The position numbers and the translations under genes were made by a program. Source: Bacteroidota bacterium (GTDB taxonomy: Bacteria; Bacteroidota; Ignavibacteria; SZUA-365). Taken from it: a stretch of DNA of 64,000 bases. The DNA is taken from the NCBI GenBank assembly GCA_034002405.1, contig JAVFAS010000004.1, positions 516-64,515 on the forward strand, written 5' to 3'. Below, piece by piece: positions 38,502 to 52,312 of the stretch. The notes beneath the pieces are model-generated. The model did not search any database, was not told the origin of the DNA, and saw only the letters and a list, made by a program, of their open reading frames with translations. Each line of letters begins with the position of its first letter. The first letter of the stretch is position 1.

Positions 38502-39110
38502 CTACACCTGCTCCGTATCTGCCGGGGCATCGATTCCGCGCTTCTTGCGCATGGGCTGCCAAATCACCAACAAGGCCGCGGTGACGTAGCAAAGCGCCGC
38601 CATGACCGGGAGGCCGGCGAGCGCACCGATGCGGTGCGAGATGGTTTTCCTCAGTTCGGTCTGAACGTCGATAAACGCCTGCGGTCCCTGCGTGGCCATG
38701 GCGTCCGTGGTCCAATCCCAGAGCCAGAAGAAATGAATATCCAAATATCCGGTGAAGATCTCCACCGGAACGAAGATGAACACGAGCAACGCGGCCATCA
38801 GCATCCACCCATGTTCCTTCAGCCGGAGCGGGATGCGCCAGAGTACGACAATCGACGCGATGAGGGTGATCGAGTACGCGATCAGCACCATCACCGATGA
38901 CGCGAAAATCAACTGGTAAATCGTCTGCTCCTGGGCGAGTTGCACCGCGGGATCGAATTCGAGCGTGCCCGGAATGAACAGTTCGTACGCAATCAGCGCG
39001 CGATAGACGGTCCCACCGAGCCATAGCGCACCGGCGAACACGACGAACATAATGGATGCCCGAAGAATGGGATCATCCCACCCCTTGTTCGGGCGAATTG
39101 GGTCAGTCAT
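38502..39110 (-). CDS. Integral membrane protein of unknown function
   Basis: 202 aa with 4-5 predicted transmembrane segments (FVVFAGALWLGG, LIFASSVMVLIAYSITLIASIVVLW, LMAALLVFIFVPVEIF, LAGLPVMAALCYVTAALLVIW). Confidence 0.55.
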   Translation of the reverse strand: MTDPIRPNKGWDDPILRASIMFVVFAGALWLGGTVYRALIAYELFIPGTLEFDPAVQLAQEQTIYQLIFASSVMVLIAYSITLIASIVVLWRIPLRLKEHGWMLMAALLVFIFVPVEIFTGYLDIHFFWLWDWTTDAMATQGPQAFIDVQTELRKTISHRIGALAGLPVMAALCYVTAALLVIWQPMRKKRGIDAPADTEQV

Positions 39111-39117
39111 GGAAGTC

Positions 39118-40476
39118 CTACAAGATATACTGGCTTAAGTCACGGTTTTTCACAATAGTAGAGAGCTTTTCCTGAACCAGTTTCGCGTCCACGCGCAGCG
39201 TGTCTTCCATCACCACATCCGGGACGTCATAGAGCACCTGCTCGAGCAGCGTCGTGAGAATGGTGTGCAACCGCCGCGCACCGATATTTTCGACCTGCTC
39301 GTTGACCTCGGCCGCGAGACGGGCAATTTCGCGGATGCCGTCATCCTCGAACTCGAGGGTGACGCCTTCGGTGAGGAGCAGTGCGCTGTACTGTTTCAAC
39401 AGGGCGTTTCTGGGCACGGTCAGGATCGCGACAAAATCTTCTTCGGTGAGGCTATCGAGTTCGACGCGGATCGGAAAGCGGCCCTGCAACTCGGGAATGA
39501 GGTCACTGGGCTTCGAAACGTGGAATGCGCCGGAGGCGATGAACAGAATGTGATCGGTGCGGACGACACCGTATTTCGTGTTGACGTTGCTCCCTTCCAC
39601 GATGGGGAGCAAGTCACGTTGCACGCCTTCGCGCGAGACATCGACGCCCCCGCCGGTGGATTTCGTCCCGGCGATCTTGTCGATCTCGTCAATGAAGATG
39701 ATACCGGCATTCTGCGTGCGTTCCCGCGCGACACGCGCCACGGCGTCGGGATCGATGAGCTTCTGCGCTTCGTCCTGCTGCAGCATGACCTTCGCCTCGG
39801 CGATGCTGATCTTGCGCTTTTTCGTGCGTTTCGGCATCATCGAACTTAAAAGATTCTGGATGTCGACACCCATGTCTTCGAGCCCCATCGGTCCGAAAAT
39901 CTGCGCGCTCGGATTCGGGGAGACCGTCACGTCCACCTCGATGACACGCGCATCGAGATTCCCGGCACGCAACTGTTCGCGCAGCTTCTCGCGCGTCTGC
40001 GACTGCATCTCGCTCTCCCCTTCCTGTCCCGGCGAGCGCGGAAAAATGATGTCGAGGATACGTTCTTCGGCCAACGCCGCCGCCTTTTCCTGGACCTCGG
40101 CGGCTTTTTCCGCCCGCACCTGATTGATGGCGATTTCCATCAGATCACGGACCATCGATTCGACATCCCGGCCGACATAGCCGACCTCGGTGAACTTCGA
40201 TGCCTCGACCTTCAAAAACGGCGCGCCCGCGAGTCGGGAGAGGCGTCGGGCGATTTCGGTTTTTCCGACCCCGGTCGGACCGATCATGATGATGTTGTTT
40301 GGCATGATCTCGTCGCGCAGGGTTTCATCGACCTGCTGGCGGCGCCAGCGATTGCGCAGCGCGATGGCGACCGAGCGCTTGGCGTTGTGCTGGCCGATGA
40401 TGTATTTGTCAAGCTCCTCGACGATCCGCCGGGGTGTGAGCGACTGTTGGAGAAGATGAAAGGAATCTTCGTTCAT
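39118..40476 (-). CDS. hslU: ATP-dependent protease ATPase subunit HslU
   Basis: Walker [18 protein letters not shown]; sensor/arginine-finger regions; 452 aa. Confidence 0.95.
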   Translation of the reverse strand: MNEDSFHLLQQSLTPRRIVEELDKYIIGQHNAKRSVAIALRNRWRRQQVDETLRDEIMPNNIIMIGPTGVGKTEIARRLSRLAGAPFLKVEASKFTEVGYVGRDVESMVRDLMEIAINQVRAEKAAEVQEKAAALAEERILDIIFPRSPGQEGESEMQSQTREKLREQLRAGNLDARVIEVDVTVSPNPSAQIFGPMGLEDMGVDIQNLLSSMMPKRTKKRKISIAEAKVMLQQDEAQKLIDPDAVARVARERTQNAGIIFIDEIDKIAGTKSTGGGVDVSREGVQRDLLPIVEGSNVNTKYGVVRTDHILFIASGAFHVSKPSDLIPELQGRFPIRVELDSLTEEDFVAILTVPRNALLKQYSALLLTEGVTLEFEDDGIREIARLAAEVNEQVENIGARRLHTILTTLLEQVLYDVPDVVMEDTLRVDAKLVQEKLSTIVKNRDLSQYIL

Positions 40477-40482
40477 GGGTGC

Positions 40483-41022
<540 letters not shown>

Positions 41023-41040
41023 GCGATGGGACTTCCTGTG

Positions 41041-42567
41041 TTAAACGAGGCGTTTGCGCATGCGCGAGACCGGAATATCCATGGTTTCACGGTATTTGGC
41101 CACGGTTCGCCGCGCGATGTTGAATCCACGCTGCTGCAGTATTTCCGTCAGCGCCTGATCGCTCAGCGGCTTGCGCGGGTGTTCCTGCTCGATGATTTCC
41201 CGGAGAATGGCCATCACTTCCTTGTTGGCCACTTCCTCCCCTCCGTCGGTCGCGATCCCCTCGCTGAAGAAGTATCGCAACTCGAACACCCCCCATTCGG
41301 TCTGCACATACTTGCCGTTCACTACCCGGGAGATGGTGGAGATATCCATCTGAATATCTTCCGCGATATCCTTGTAGATCAGCGGCTTGAGATGGCCGTG
41401 GCCGTATTCGAACCAGGCGTGTTGATGCTCGACGATCGAATGCATGACGGCGAGCATCGTATTGCGGCGCTGATAAATGGACTGAATGAACCATTTGGCG
41501 GCTTCCATCTTCTGGCGGAGGAACTGCCGGGTCTCGGTGGACATGCGCTTCCGCTGGTTGAGCAGCATCTCCTTGTACGCACGGTTCACGCGCAGGGGTG
41601 GAACGCCACGATCGTTGAGCGTGATGACAAATTCACCATCGTCGTTGTGGACGAAAAAATCGGGGATGAGATAATTGTCCGCGACCACCCCATCAGATTC
41701 ACCGGGTTTGGGATTCAGTCCGCGAATCACCTCGAATGCGCGTTTGAGCATGTGCTCGTCGATATGCAGATCGTGCATGATGCGTTCGAAATGCTTCTTC
41801 TCGAAGGCATCCCATGCTTCGCGAAGGATGCGGATGGCGACGATCCGTGGCGTGCTGACATTCGGGAGCAGTTCGAGCTGCACCAGCAGACACTCGCGCA
41901 AGTTGCGTGAGGCAATCCCGGGAGGATCCAATCGCTGGATGCGCCGGAGCACCTCCTCACCCTGTTCCAGCGAGAGTTCGAAGTCATGTTCGAGGTTGAA
42001 CTCCCGGAGCACTGTCTCGAAATCCCCGTGGAGATATCCGTCGTCATCGATATTCCAGAGAATATCCTCTGCCAACAACATTTCCTGCGTGTCCAAATTC
42101 AGCATCTGTATTTGCGAGAGCAGACGCTCACGGAGCGTCGTCGTCGCGGGCATCGGCATCTCGCGGTCGTCATCCTCGTCCCAGTATTTGTTCACCGAGA
42201 CGTTGTCCTCGGTGTTCTCGAAGAATTCCTCCCACGAATACTCTTCGTCCGCGTGCTCGCGAATCTCCTTGTCCATCGTGTCGGATTCGGAGGAGGACGT
42301 ACGCTCCGCGACGGTGACGTCGGAATCCTCGCCCGACTCCTCCGCACCGTCACCCTCCTCCGCCTTCCGTTCCTCCGCGGACAATTCGAGACGCTCCTCC
42401 TGCTCTTCCTCCATTTCCATCCCTTCCTCGAGCAAAGGATTCAGCTCCAGCTCATCCTTGATCTTTTGCTCGAGCTGAAGCACTGGAAGTTGAAGTATTT
42501 TAAGGTATTGAACCTGCGCAGGTGAGAGTCGCTGTTGCAGCTTCTGCGTCTGGGTGAGATGAAGCAT
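41041..42567 (-). CDS. rpoN: RNA polymerase sigma-54 factor
   Basis: Gln/Leu-rich region I; C-terminal RpoN box ARRTVAKYRE; helix-turn-helix; 508 aa. Confidence 0.9.
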   Translation of the reverse strand: MLHLTQTQKLQQRLSPAQVQYLKILQLPVLQLEQKIKDELELNPLLEEGMEMEEEQEERLELSAEERKAEEGDGAEESGEDSDVTVAERTSSSESDTMDKEIREHADEEYSWEEFFENTEDNVSVNKYWDEDDDREMPMPATTTLRERLLSQIQMLNLDTQEMLLAEDILWNIDDDGYLHGDFETVLREFNLEHDFELSLEQGEEVLRRIQRLDPPGIASRNLRECLLVQLELLPNVSTPRIVAIRILREAWDAFEKKHFERIMHDLHIDEHMLKRAFEVIRGLNPKPGESDGVVADNYLIPDFFVHNDDGEFVITLNDRGVPPLRVNRAYKEMLLNQRKRMSTETRQFLRQKMEAAKWFIQSIYQRRNTMLAVMHSIVEHQHAWFEYGHGHLKPLIYKDIAEDIQMDISTISRVVNGKYVQTEWGVFELRYFFSEGIATDGGEEVANKEVMAILREIIEQEHPRKPLSDQALTEILQQRGFNIARRTVAKYRETMDIPVSRMRKRLV

Positions 42568-42572
42568 CCCTG

Positions 42573-43151
42573 TTACCTCCGGTCACCTTCGGCGGAGACG
42601 CCGCGTGCATCCCGGCTCCGTTCCTGCAGGGCGCGGGTAAAGTCCACCCCGAATGCCCGGACAAGGGCGCTCTCGAGAAAGTCGACCAGCCCGGTCTGTT
42701 CGCGTTCTCCCGCGGTGATCGCGGGTGCGCATTCCGAAAAATGCTCGAAATGCAGCTGGTCGCGCCGGCGTCCGCGGACACGGATGGGAAAAAGGTGGCA
42801 GGAAAGCGGTTTCGGCCAGGAGAATTTCCCCAGTTGATGGAGTTTCTGGATGGAGCACACCGCCACGTCACCGTCATACATCACGAAAACGCAGGCGCGT
42901 TCGTCGTGACAGCGAATGGTCAGTTCCTCGCCGTCATCGACGATCAGCCCGAATTCGTCACCCTCGCGGCGATGCACGGGTGGAAGCATGTCACGCACCG
43001 CTTCCCAGGCTTTTTCGATGAGCGGGATCTCGTCCTCCGTGACTGGCGGACCACTGCCTCCCGGGAAGGTGCAACACGCGCCCTTGCATGCCGCGAGATC
43101 GCAGGCAAAATGGGCGGTCAATATGCTTCGTTCAATTCTCAAAGATGGCAC
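42573..43151 (-). CDS. DUF3109-family Cys-rich protein
   Basis: Carries both family signature motifs, CCT (KGACCTFPGG) and CHL (LSCHLFP); 192 aa. Confidence 0.55.
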   Translation of the reverse strand: MPSLRIERSILTAHFACDLAACKGACCTFPGGSGPPVTEDEIPLIEKAWEAVRDMLPPVHRREGDEFGLIVDDGEELTIRCHDERACVFVMYDGDVAVCSIQKLHQLGKFSWPKPLSCHLFPIRVRGRRRDQLHFEHFSECAPAITAGEREQTGLVDFLESALVRAFGVDFTRALQERSRDARGVSAEGDRR

Positions 43152-43285
43152 GATTTTTATTCATCGTTCTTAACTTATCGAAAAGATGCCCTGGAATCAA
43201 CATTGATTTTGAGAGGATCCGAATTTCTGTCTTGTTTCCATCCATCGCCATCGTTACCATGGGATGATTTTTGGGAGATATGATC

Positions 43286-44410
43286 ATGGCCATCGCCGAT
43301 CCGTACGATTATTTCCGTATCGCACAATTGCCATCCGTCGGACCCGCGCGTGGACGCGCGTTACTGGCGCATTTTCACTCGTTCTCGAATTTCCTGCGCA
43401 GTGGCACCGACGCGCTGCGCCGGGTGGACGGGATCAGCACGCAGCTGTCCGCCCGCCTGCTCGATGCGATACGCGACGAACGGCACAGCGGCGCGATCGA
43501 GCGCCTGGTGGAGCGCAATCGGCAATGGTGCGAGCGCCACGACATCCGTTATGTCACGCTCACCGACGAGGAGTACCCGGCATTGCTACGCGGGATTTAC
43601 GACCCCCCGCTCTTTTTATTCATGAAGGGGCGATGCACCGCCGCCGATGCGCGCGCGGTCGGGGTCGTGGGGACCCGAAGCCCGAGTGATTACGGACGGC
43701 AGGTCACCGAGGATTTCTGTCGCGGTTTCGCCGCCCACCAGGTCACGGTGGTGAGCGGACTGGCGATGGGAATCGACACGGTCGCGCATCGCAGTACCCT
43801 GCGGGCAGGTGGACGAACCATCGCCGTGCTCGGGAGCGGATTGCTGAAAGTCTACCCTGGCGTGAATCGTGGTCTGGCCGAGGAAATCGGCGCCGATGGC
43901 TGCGTGATGTCCGAGCTCTGTCTCGATGCCAAGCCCGACGCGGTGAATTTTCCGCGACGGAACCGTATCATCAGCGGCCTCGCCCAAAGTCTCGTGCTGG
44001 TGGAAAGCGACGTACGCGGCGGCGCCATGATCACCGCCAATATCGCTCTCGACCAGAATCGCAACGTTTTCGCCGTTCCGGGGAGCATCTTCAACCCGCG
44101 CAGCGCCGGCCCGCATTTTCTTCTCAAACAGAGCATGGCCCAGCCGGCAACCAGCGCCGAGGATGTTCTGGGCGACATGGTCGACGCGACGCGTACACCC
44201 GAGCCACCGCGTCCCGCGCCGCAGCTGAGCATCGACGAACAGCAGATCTTTGACCAGTTGAGCGACGAACCGACGCATATCGACGAACTCGCGGTGGCTT
44301 GCGCGCTCCCTCTGCCCGTCGTGCTCGTCCAACTGCTTCAGATGGAACTCGCCGGTGTGGTGCGCCAGCTGCCGGGGAAATACTTTGTTCGTTTCGACGG
44401 GCGGCGGTAA
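43286..44410 (+). CDS. dprA: DNA processing protein DprA
   Basis: Rossmann-like DprA core (GVVGTRSPSDYG...VVSGLAMGIDTVAH) plus a C-terminal winged helix; start at the Met at 43286. Confidence 0.85.
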   Translation: MAIADPYDYFRIAQLPSVGPARGRALLAHFHSFSNFLRSGTDALRRVDGISTQLSARLLDAIRDERHSGAIERLVERNRQWCERHDIRYVTLTDEEYPALLRGIYDPPLFLFMKGRCTAADARAVGVVGTRSPSDYGRQVTEDFCRGFAAHQVTVVSGLAMGIDTVAHRSTLRAGGRTIAVLGSGLLKVYPGVNRGLAEEIGADGCVMSELCLDAKPDAVNFPRRNRIISGLAQSLVLVESDVRGGAMITANIALDQNRNVFAVPGSIFNPRSAGPHFLLKQSMAQPATSAEDVLGDMVDATRTPEPPRPAPQLSIDEQQIFDQLSDEPTHIDELAVACALPLPVVLVQLLQMELAGVVRQLPGKYFVRFDGRR

Positions 44411-44444
44411 CTTGCCCCGGTCGCGTTCTTCTCACTGAGGATAT

Positions 44445-45722
44445 ATGACTCTGAATCCAAGACTGCTCTTCCCCATTGGCGCCGCCGCGGTGCTGTTTGT
44501 GGCAGCGCTGCTGTTCTGGCCGTCCGGCGGACCTTCCATCCCCGTCTATGAAGTCAAGCGCGGGACGTTTGACATTTATGTCATCGAAAGCGGATCGGTG
44601 CGCGCCACGAATTCCTCCACCGTGACCGCACCGCGAATTCTTTCCGGTGGCAACCTCCAGGTTGTGTCTCTGGCCGACGAGGGGACGGTGGCGAAGGAAG
44701 GAGACGTCCTCGTCCGCTTCGATCCGAGCGCCGCGCTCAAGCGCATCGCGGATCGCCAGACCGAGTTGAAAACCGCGATGGCGGACCTCGCGAAGCTGAA
44801 GGCCCAACAGTCAGCCGATGAATCCCAAGCCAAAACCGAATTCGAATCGGCCAAACTGAATTTCGAGCTGGCCAAAATCGCGCGTGAAAAAATGCAATTC
44901 GAACCGGAAGCCCGGAAGCGCGAAGCCGAAATCGAATTCGAACGCGCACGGTTGACATTCGAACAATCCAAGATGAACATCGACAATAAAAGCATTGTCC
45001 GGCGCTCGGAGCTTGGCAACCTCCAGCTCCGCATCGAGCAGATTCGTTCCGATATCACCGAGTCACAGCAGGAAATGGAACAACTCACCGTCAAGGCGCC
45101 GATCAGTGGCCTGATCGTGTATGAGAACAACTGGTCGACCGGCAGGAAGATCGCCAAGGGTGATCAGCCCTGGCCCGGCATGCCTCTGATCAGTCTGCCC
45201 GATCTTTCCGCGATGCAGACCGAGGTGTCGGTGAACGAGATGGACATCGCGAAAGTCCGTAAGGACCAGAAGGTCATCGTCATCCCGGATGCCTTCCCCG
45301 ACAAATCCTTCGAGGGCGTCATCAGCAGTGTCTCGCAGATCGGCCGCCAGAAAGGCCAGGGATCGAATGTCAAGGTCTTCGATATCGTCATCGATATCAA
45401 GGGAACCGATGACGTTCTCAAACCCGGCATCACCACGACAAACAAGATCATTGTTGCCCGGAGGAAAAACGTCCTCTCCATTCCCCTGATCGCGGTCGTC
45501 GAAGAGCATTCGAAAACCTACGTCTTCGTCGGGGACGGTGGCTCGTTCGATAAACGGGAAGTGGAACTCGGCGAACGCAATGACAACTTTGTTGTCGTGA
45601 AGCGCGGCGTGTCCGCCGGTGAGTCCGTTGCCCTCCGCAATCCGGACCAGGACATATCGGGCGACGGCGTCGAGGAACCCGGAAACAATGCGGTGCAGCC
45701 CGCACCACCGGCGAATGAATGA
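44445..45722 (+). CDS. HlyD-family efflux periplasmic adaptor subunit (MacA-like)
   Basis: N-terminal transmembrane anchor, long coiled-coil hairpin, beta-barrel and membrane-proximal domains; 425 aa. Confidence 0.85.
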   Translation: MTLNPRLLFPIGAAAVLFVAALLFWPSGGPSIPVYEVKRGTFDIYVIESGSVRATNSSTVTAPRILSGGNLQVVSLADEGTVAKEGDVLVRFDPSAALKRIADRQTELKTAMADLAKLKAQQSADESQAKTEFESAKLNFELAKIAREKMQFEPEARKREAEIEFERARLTFEQSKMNIDNKSIVRRSELGNLQLRIEQIRSDITESQQEMEQLTVKAPISGLIVYENNWSTGRKIAKGDQPWPGMPLISLPDLSAMQTEVSVNEMDIAKVRKDQKVIVIPDAFPDKSFEGVISSVSQIGRQKGQGSNVKVFDIVIDIKGTDDVLKPGITTTNKIIVARRKNVLSIPLIAVVEEHSKTYVFVGDGGSFDKREVELGERNDNFVVVKRGVSAGESVALRNPDQDISGDGVEEPGNNAVQPAPPANE

Positions 45723-45723
45723 C

Positions 45724-47040
45724 ATGCGACTCTCCCTCGCAAGATACCGTGAAGCGGTCTCCATCGCCGTCGAGAGTCTTGGCATGCACAAGACACGATC
45801 GGCCCTGACCATGCTCGGCATTGTGTTCGGGGTTGGCGCGGTGATTGCCATGCTGTCGATCGGCGAGGGTGCCCGGCAGGAGTCGCTCGAACAAATCGAG
45901 GTGCTCGGGGTACGCAACGTCATTATCCGTTCCCTGCCGCCCCCGGCCGACGAGGATGATGAAAACCAGCCCGGTGCCTCGCGGCCGTTTGGCGTCTCGC
46001 TCAAGGATGCCGATGCGATCCGGGATGTGTGCGCCTTCGCCTCGAAAATCACCGTGAACTGGGAGAAGGACGCGGAAGCGCGCACGTACGGCGGAACCGC
46101 GAAGGTGAAACTGATCGGGACCACCAGCGAGCATGCCGACATATTCAATGTCCGTCTGAGTGAGGGACAATTTCTCTCGCCGGCACATCTCGCCGCGCAC
46201 GCGAACGTCTGTCTTATCGGCAGCGAGGTCCGTCAGCAGTTATTCGGATTTGAAAATCCGCTGTTCAAGCTCGTCAAGATCGAGGACCAGTGGTTCACGG
46301 TCATTGGCGTCATCGCCGGCAAGAAAGAAGCGGTGACCGCCGGCGCCGTATTGCCATCGGTGAATGCGAGCATCATCATCCCCCTCAGCACGGCGATGGC
46401 GAAATTCCCGCGAGAAGCCACGGCGAGCGTCGCGCGCATGGGACGCCGCTTCCGATCCCGTAACCAGGTCGACGGTGGCTATCTCGATCGTTCGACCATC
46501 GATCAGGTCGCCGTCCGCATCGACGATGACACGGAAATCACGGAAGCGGCCGCGGTCATCACGCGGCTGCTGCGCGCACGCCACAACGGGCAATTGGATT
46601 TCACCGTGACCATCCCCGAGCAATTGATCGAGCAAAGCCAGAAAACCCAAAGCATCTTTAATGTCGTGATGGGCGCCATTGCCGGGATCTCCCTCCTCGT
46701 GGGCGGAATCGGAATCATGAACATCATGCTTGCCTCGGTGCTCGAGCGCACACGCGAAATCGGCGTCCGTCGCGCACTCGGAGCCACCCGCGGCATGATC
46801 ATCATCCAGTTTCTCGCCGAATCGGCGATGCTCTCGCTCGTCGGCGGTATTCTCGGCATCATCCTCGGGTGGGGACTCACCGAAGCAATCACCGCCTATG
46901 CGGAGTGGCGAACGATCATCAGTTTATGGTCCATCCTTCTTGCCTTCACGGTCGCCGCCGCGACCGGTATCGTCTTCGGGTATTATCCAGCAAAACGTGC
47001 GGCCGACCGTGATGTCATCGAAGCACTGCGTTATGAATAA
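45724..47040 (+). CDS. ABC transporter permease, FtsX/MacB-like with a large periplasmic domain
   Basis: N-terminal transmembrane helix (LTMLGIVFGVGAVIAMLSIG), periplasmic domain, and three C-terminal transmembrane helices with an FtsX signature; no ATPase domain; start set at the Met at 45724 just after the HlyD stop. Confidence 0.8.
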   Translation: MRLSLARYREAVSIAVESLGMHKTRSALTMLGIVFGVGAVIAMLSIGEGARQESLEQIEVLGVRNVIIRSLPPPADEDDENQPGASRPFGVSLKDADAIRDVCAFASKITVNWEKDAEARTYGGTAKVKLIGTTSEHADIFNVRLSEGQFLSPAHLAAHANVCLIGSEVRQQLFGFENPLFKLVKIEDQWFTVIGVIAGKKEAVTAGAVLPSVNASIIIPLSTAMAKFPREATASVARMGRRFRSRNQVDGGYLDRSTIDQVAVRIDDDTEITEAAAVITRLLRARHNGQLDFTVTIPEQLIEQSQKTQSIFNVVMGAIAGISLLVGGIGIMNIMLASVLERTREIGVRRALGATRGMIIIQFLAESAMLSLVGGILGIILGWGLTEAITAYAEWRTIISLWSILLAFTVAAATGIVFGYYPAKRAADRDVIEALRYE

Positions 47041-48532
47041 CACCGTCTCACTCCGAAACCCGATCTCATTCCTGTTTCTCGTCTCCGTGCTGCTCTCGTG
47101 CGTGCGCACTTCCGCACCCGCGCAGCATCTGCTCACGCTCGACGACGCGCTCACGAAGGCGTTTGCGTCAAGCTACACCGCGCGGAGCGCACGTGAACAG
47201 CTGCGCGCCTCGGAGGCCGCTGCCGAAGCGGCGCGGCTCGCGCTGTATTCACGCGTCGATCTGCAATTCGACCTGCCGGATTACAGCCGGACCCTGCTCG
47301 CGCAATTCAATACAGCCACCGGACGCAACGAATTCTTTCCCTTCGAGCGAACGCAATGGTCGGGACGTATCGATGTGACGCAGCCCGTCGTGTGGACCAA
47401 CAGCACGCTCACCCTTTCCGGCCTCCTCTATCAGCAGCAGCAGAAGGATTTCAGTCCGACCGGGGAACTGTTCCGCGATTGGTATACCGACCTCGCGATC
47501 CAGCTCCGTCAACCGCTGTTCGTACCAAATACGCAACGCATCGCGTTGCGTCGCGCCGAGTTGGATTTCGAGGAATCCATGGCCGACTACGTGCGCAACA
47601 CGCTCGACCTTCGATATACCGTGACCGAGCAGTTCTACAATCTCTACGCCGCGCAGGAGCGCGTGATCATCCAGCAGGATCGGGTCCAGCAGGAAGAGAC
47701 ATCCTTTGCCACCGGGCAACGGAAATACCGCGCCGGACTGATCGCCGAGGTCGAGGCCCTGCAATTCGAGGTCGATCTCGCGGCGGCGAAAAACGATCTG
47801 CTCGCGGCGGAGAATCTGCGCCAATCCCGTGCCGATCAGTTCAAGATCCTTCTCGGTATTCCGGTCGTGGACTCGCTCACCTGCCTGCTTGAGGACACCA
47901 CCGTTGTCCCGGTCACCATCGACCTGCAGGAAGCGATCGCGCGCGCGAAACGGACGCGCGTCGACCTCCAGCGGGCTCGCAATAGTATCGAGCGAGGCGA
48001 GCTTGATCTTGAAGGGGTTCAGGCCCAGCGTCGCATCCGCGGTGACCTGTTTCTGAGCTATGGTTTGAGCAAGAATGATGCGGAATTCTCCGGCCTCACC
48101 AACGATCTGCGCGACACCCGCCGCGCCGTGTTGACCGTGAGTGTCCCGGTGTTCGATTGGGGAAAGCACTCCCGCGATGTCGAAGCCGCCGAAGCGCGAC
48201 TCCGCAGCGCGCAGCTGACAGCGGAGAATGTCGAATTAGGGATTGAACGTGAGATCATCGAATTGAGCAGGAATATCGCATCCGCGGCGCGGCGCGCGGA
48301 AGTCCTGCGGCAGTCCCGCCTGATTGCCGATATCGCGAACGAGATCAGCACGAAACGCTACGAGGTTGGCACCATTGGATCAACCGAACTTGCCCAGGCT
48401 CGCGCACGCCTTCTGCAGGCGCGTCTCTCCGCGCTCGAAGCGGTGATCGATTACCACCGCTCTCTTGCCGACATGGCACGCCGCACGGCATTCGATTTCA
48501 AACGCAACGCCGCGCTCGAGATCCCGCGATGA
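47033..48532 (+). CDS. TolC-family outer-membrane efflux protein
   Basis: Signal peptide; two repeated coiled-coil/beta-strand halves (LTLDDALTKAF...); start ATG at 47033 overlaps the permease stop (ATGAATAA). Confidence 0.85.
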   Translation: MNNTVSLRNPISFLFLVSVLLSCVRTSAPAQHLLTLDDALTKAFASSYTARSAREQLRASEAAAEAARLALYSRVDLQFDLPDYSRTLLAQFNTATGRNEFFPFERTQWSGRIDVTQPVVWTNSTLTLSGLLYQQQQKDFSPTGELFRDWYTDLAIQLRQPLFVPNTQRIALRRAELDFEESMADYVRNTLDLRYTVTEQFYNLYAAQERVIIQQDRVQQEETSFATGQRKYRAGLIAEVEALQFEVDLAAAKNDLLAAENLRQSRADQFKILLGIPVVDSLTCLLEDTTVVPVTIDLQEAIARAKRTRVDLQRARNSIERGELDLEGVQAQRRIRGDLFLSYGLSKNDAEFSGLTNDLRDTRRAVLTVSVPVFDWGKHSRDVEAAEARLRSAQLTAENVELGIEREIIELSRNIASAARRAEVLRQSRLIADIANEISTKRYEVGTIGSTELAQARARLLQARLSALEAVIDYHRSLADMARRTAFDFKRNAALEIPR

Positions 48533-48625
48533 GCATCGCACCTTGCATTTCCGCGGGTCGGTCTCTAACTTGCCCACTCTCTTCCATGTCCTGTTCACGA
48601 CTCGTCTGACGTCCATTTTTCACGC

Positions 48626-51896
<3,271 letters not shown>

Positions 51897-51905
51897 GGTC
51901 CCGCC

Positions 51906-52250
51906 ATGAAATTCACGGTCGACAATGAAAACGGTCTGGCGATTTTCCACCTGCACGAAAACCGCCTCGACGCCACCAATGCCGCGGAGGCAAAAAGCGA
52001 GTTTCTCATTCTCTGCCAGACGAACATCGAAGTCCTGATCCTCGATTTTTCAGAGGTGACATTCTGCGACAGCAGTGGGCTGAGCGCCATCCTCCTCGCG
52101 GAACGGCAGCTGAGAGAGCGTGACGGTGGAATCATCGTCGTCGACGGTAATGGCAAGGTTCGGACGCTGTTCGAAATCGCGAAGCTGACCGACATTATTC
52201 CGCTCGTCGCCACCATCGAAGAGGCGCGCGACCTGATCGTCGAAGACTGA
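51906..52250 (+). CDS. STAS-domain protein (anti-sigma-factor antagonist family)
   Basis: 114 aa; SpoIIAA-like pattern with a conserved Ser in DFSEVTFCDSSGLSAIL. Confidence 0.75.
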   Translation: MKFTVDNENGLAIFHLHENRLDATNAAEAKSEFLILCQTNIEVLILDFSEVTFCDSSGLSAILLAERQLRERDGGIIVVDGNGKVRTLFEIAKLTDIIPLVATIEEARDLIVED

Positions 52251-52312
52251 GCGCCCTCCGTGTTTCCGCGGTGGCTTTCCGATTCGTCCGTGATCGCTGA
52301 CGGTGAGGTCTC

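Noticed and set aside
38224-39024. 266 aa ORF
   Set aside because: Its N-terminal two-thirds overlap the better-supported membrane protein 38502..39110 in another frame and are Arg/Gly/His-rich junk. Only the C-terminal roughly 91 aa (38224..38499) were kept, at low confidence.
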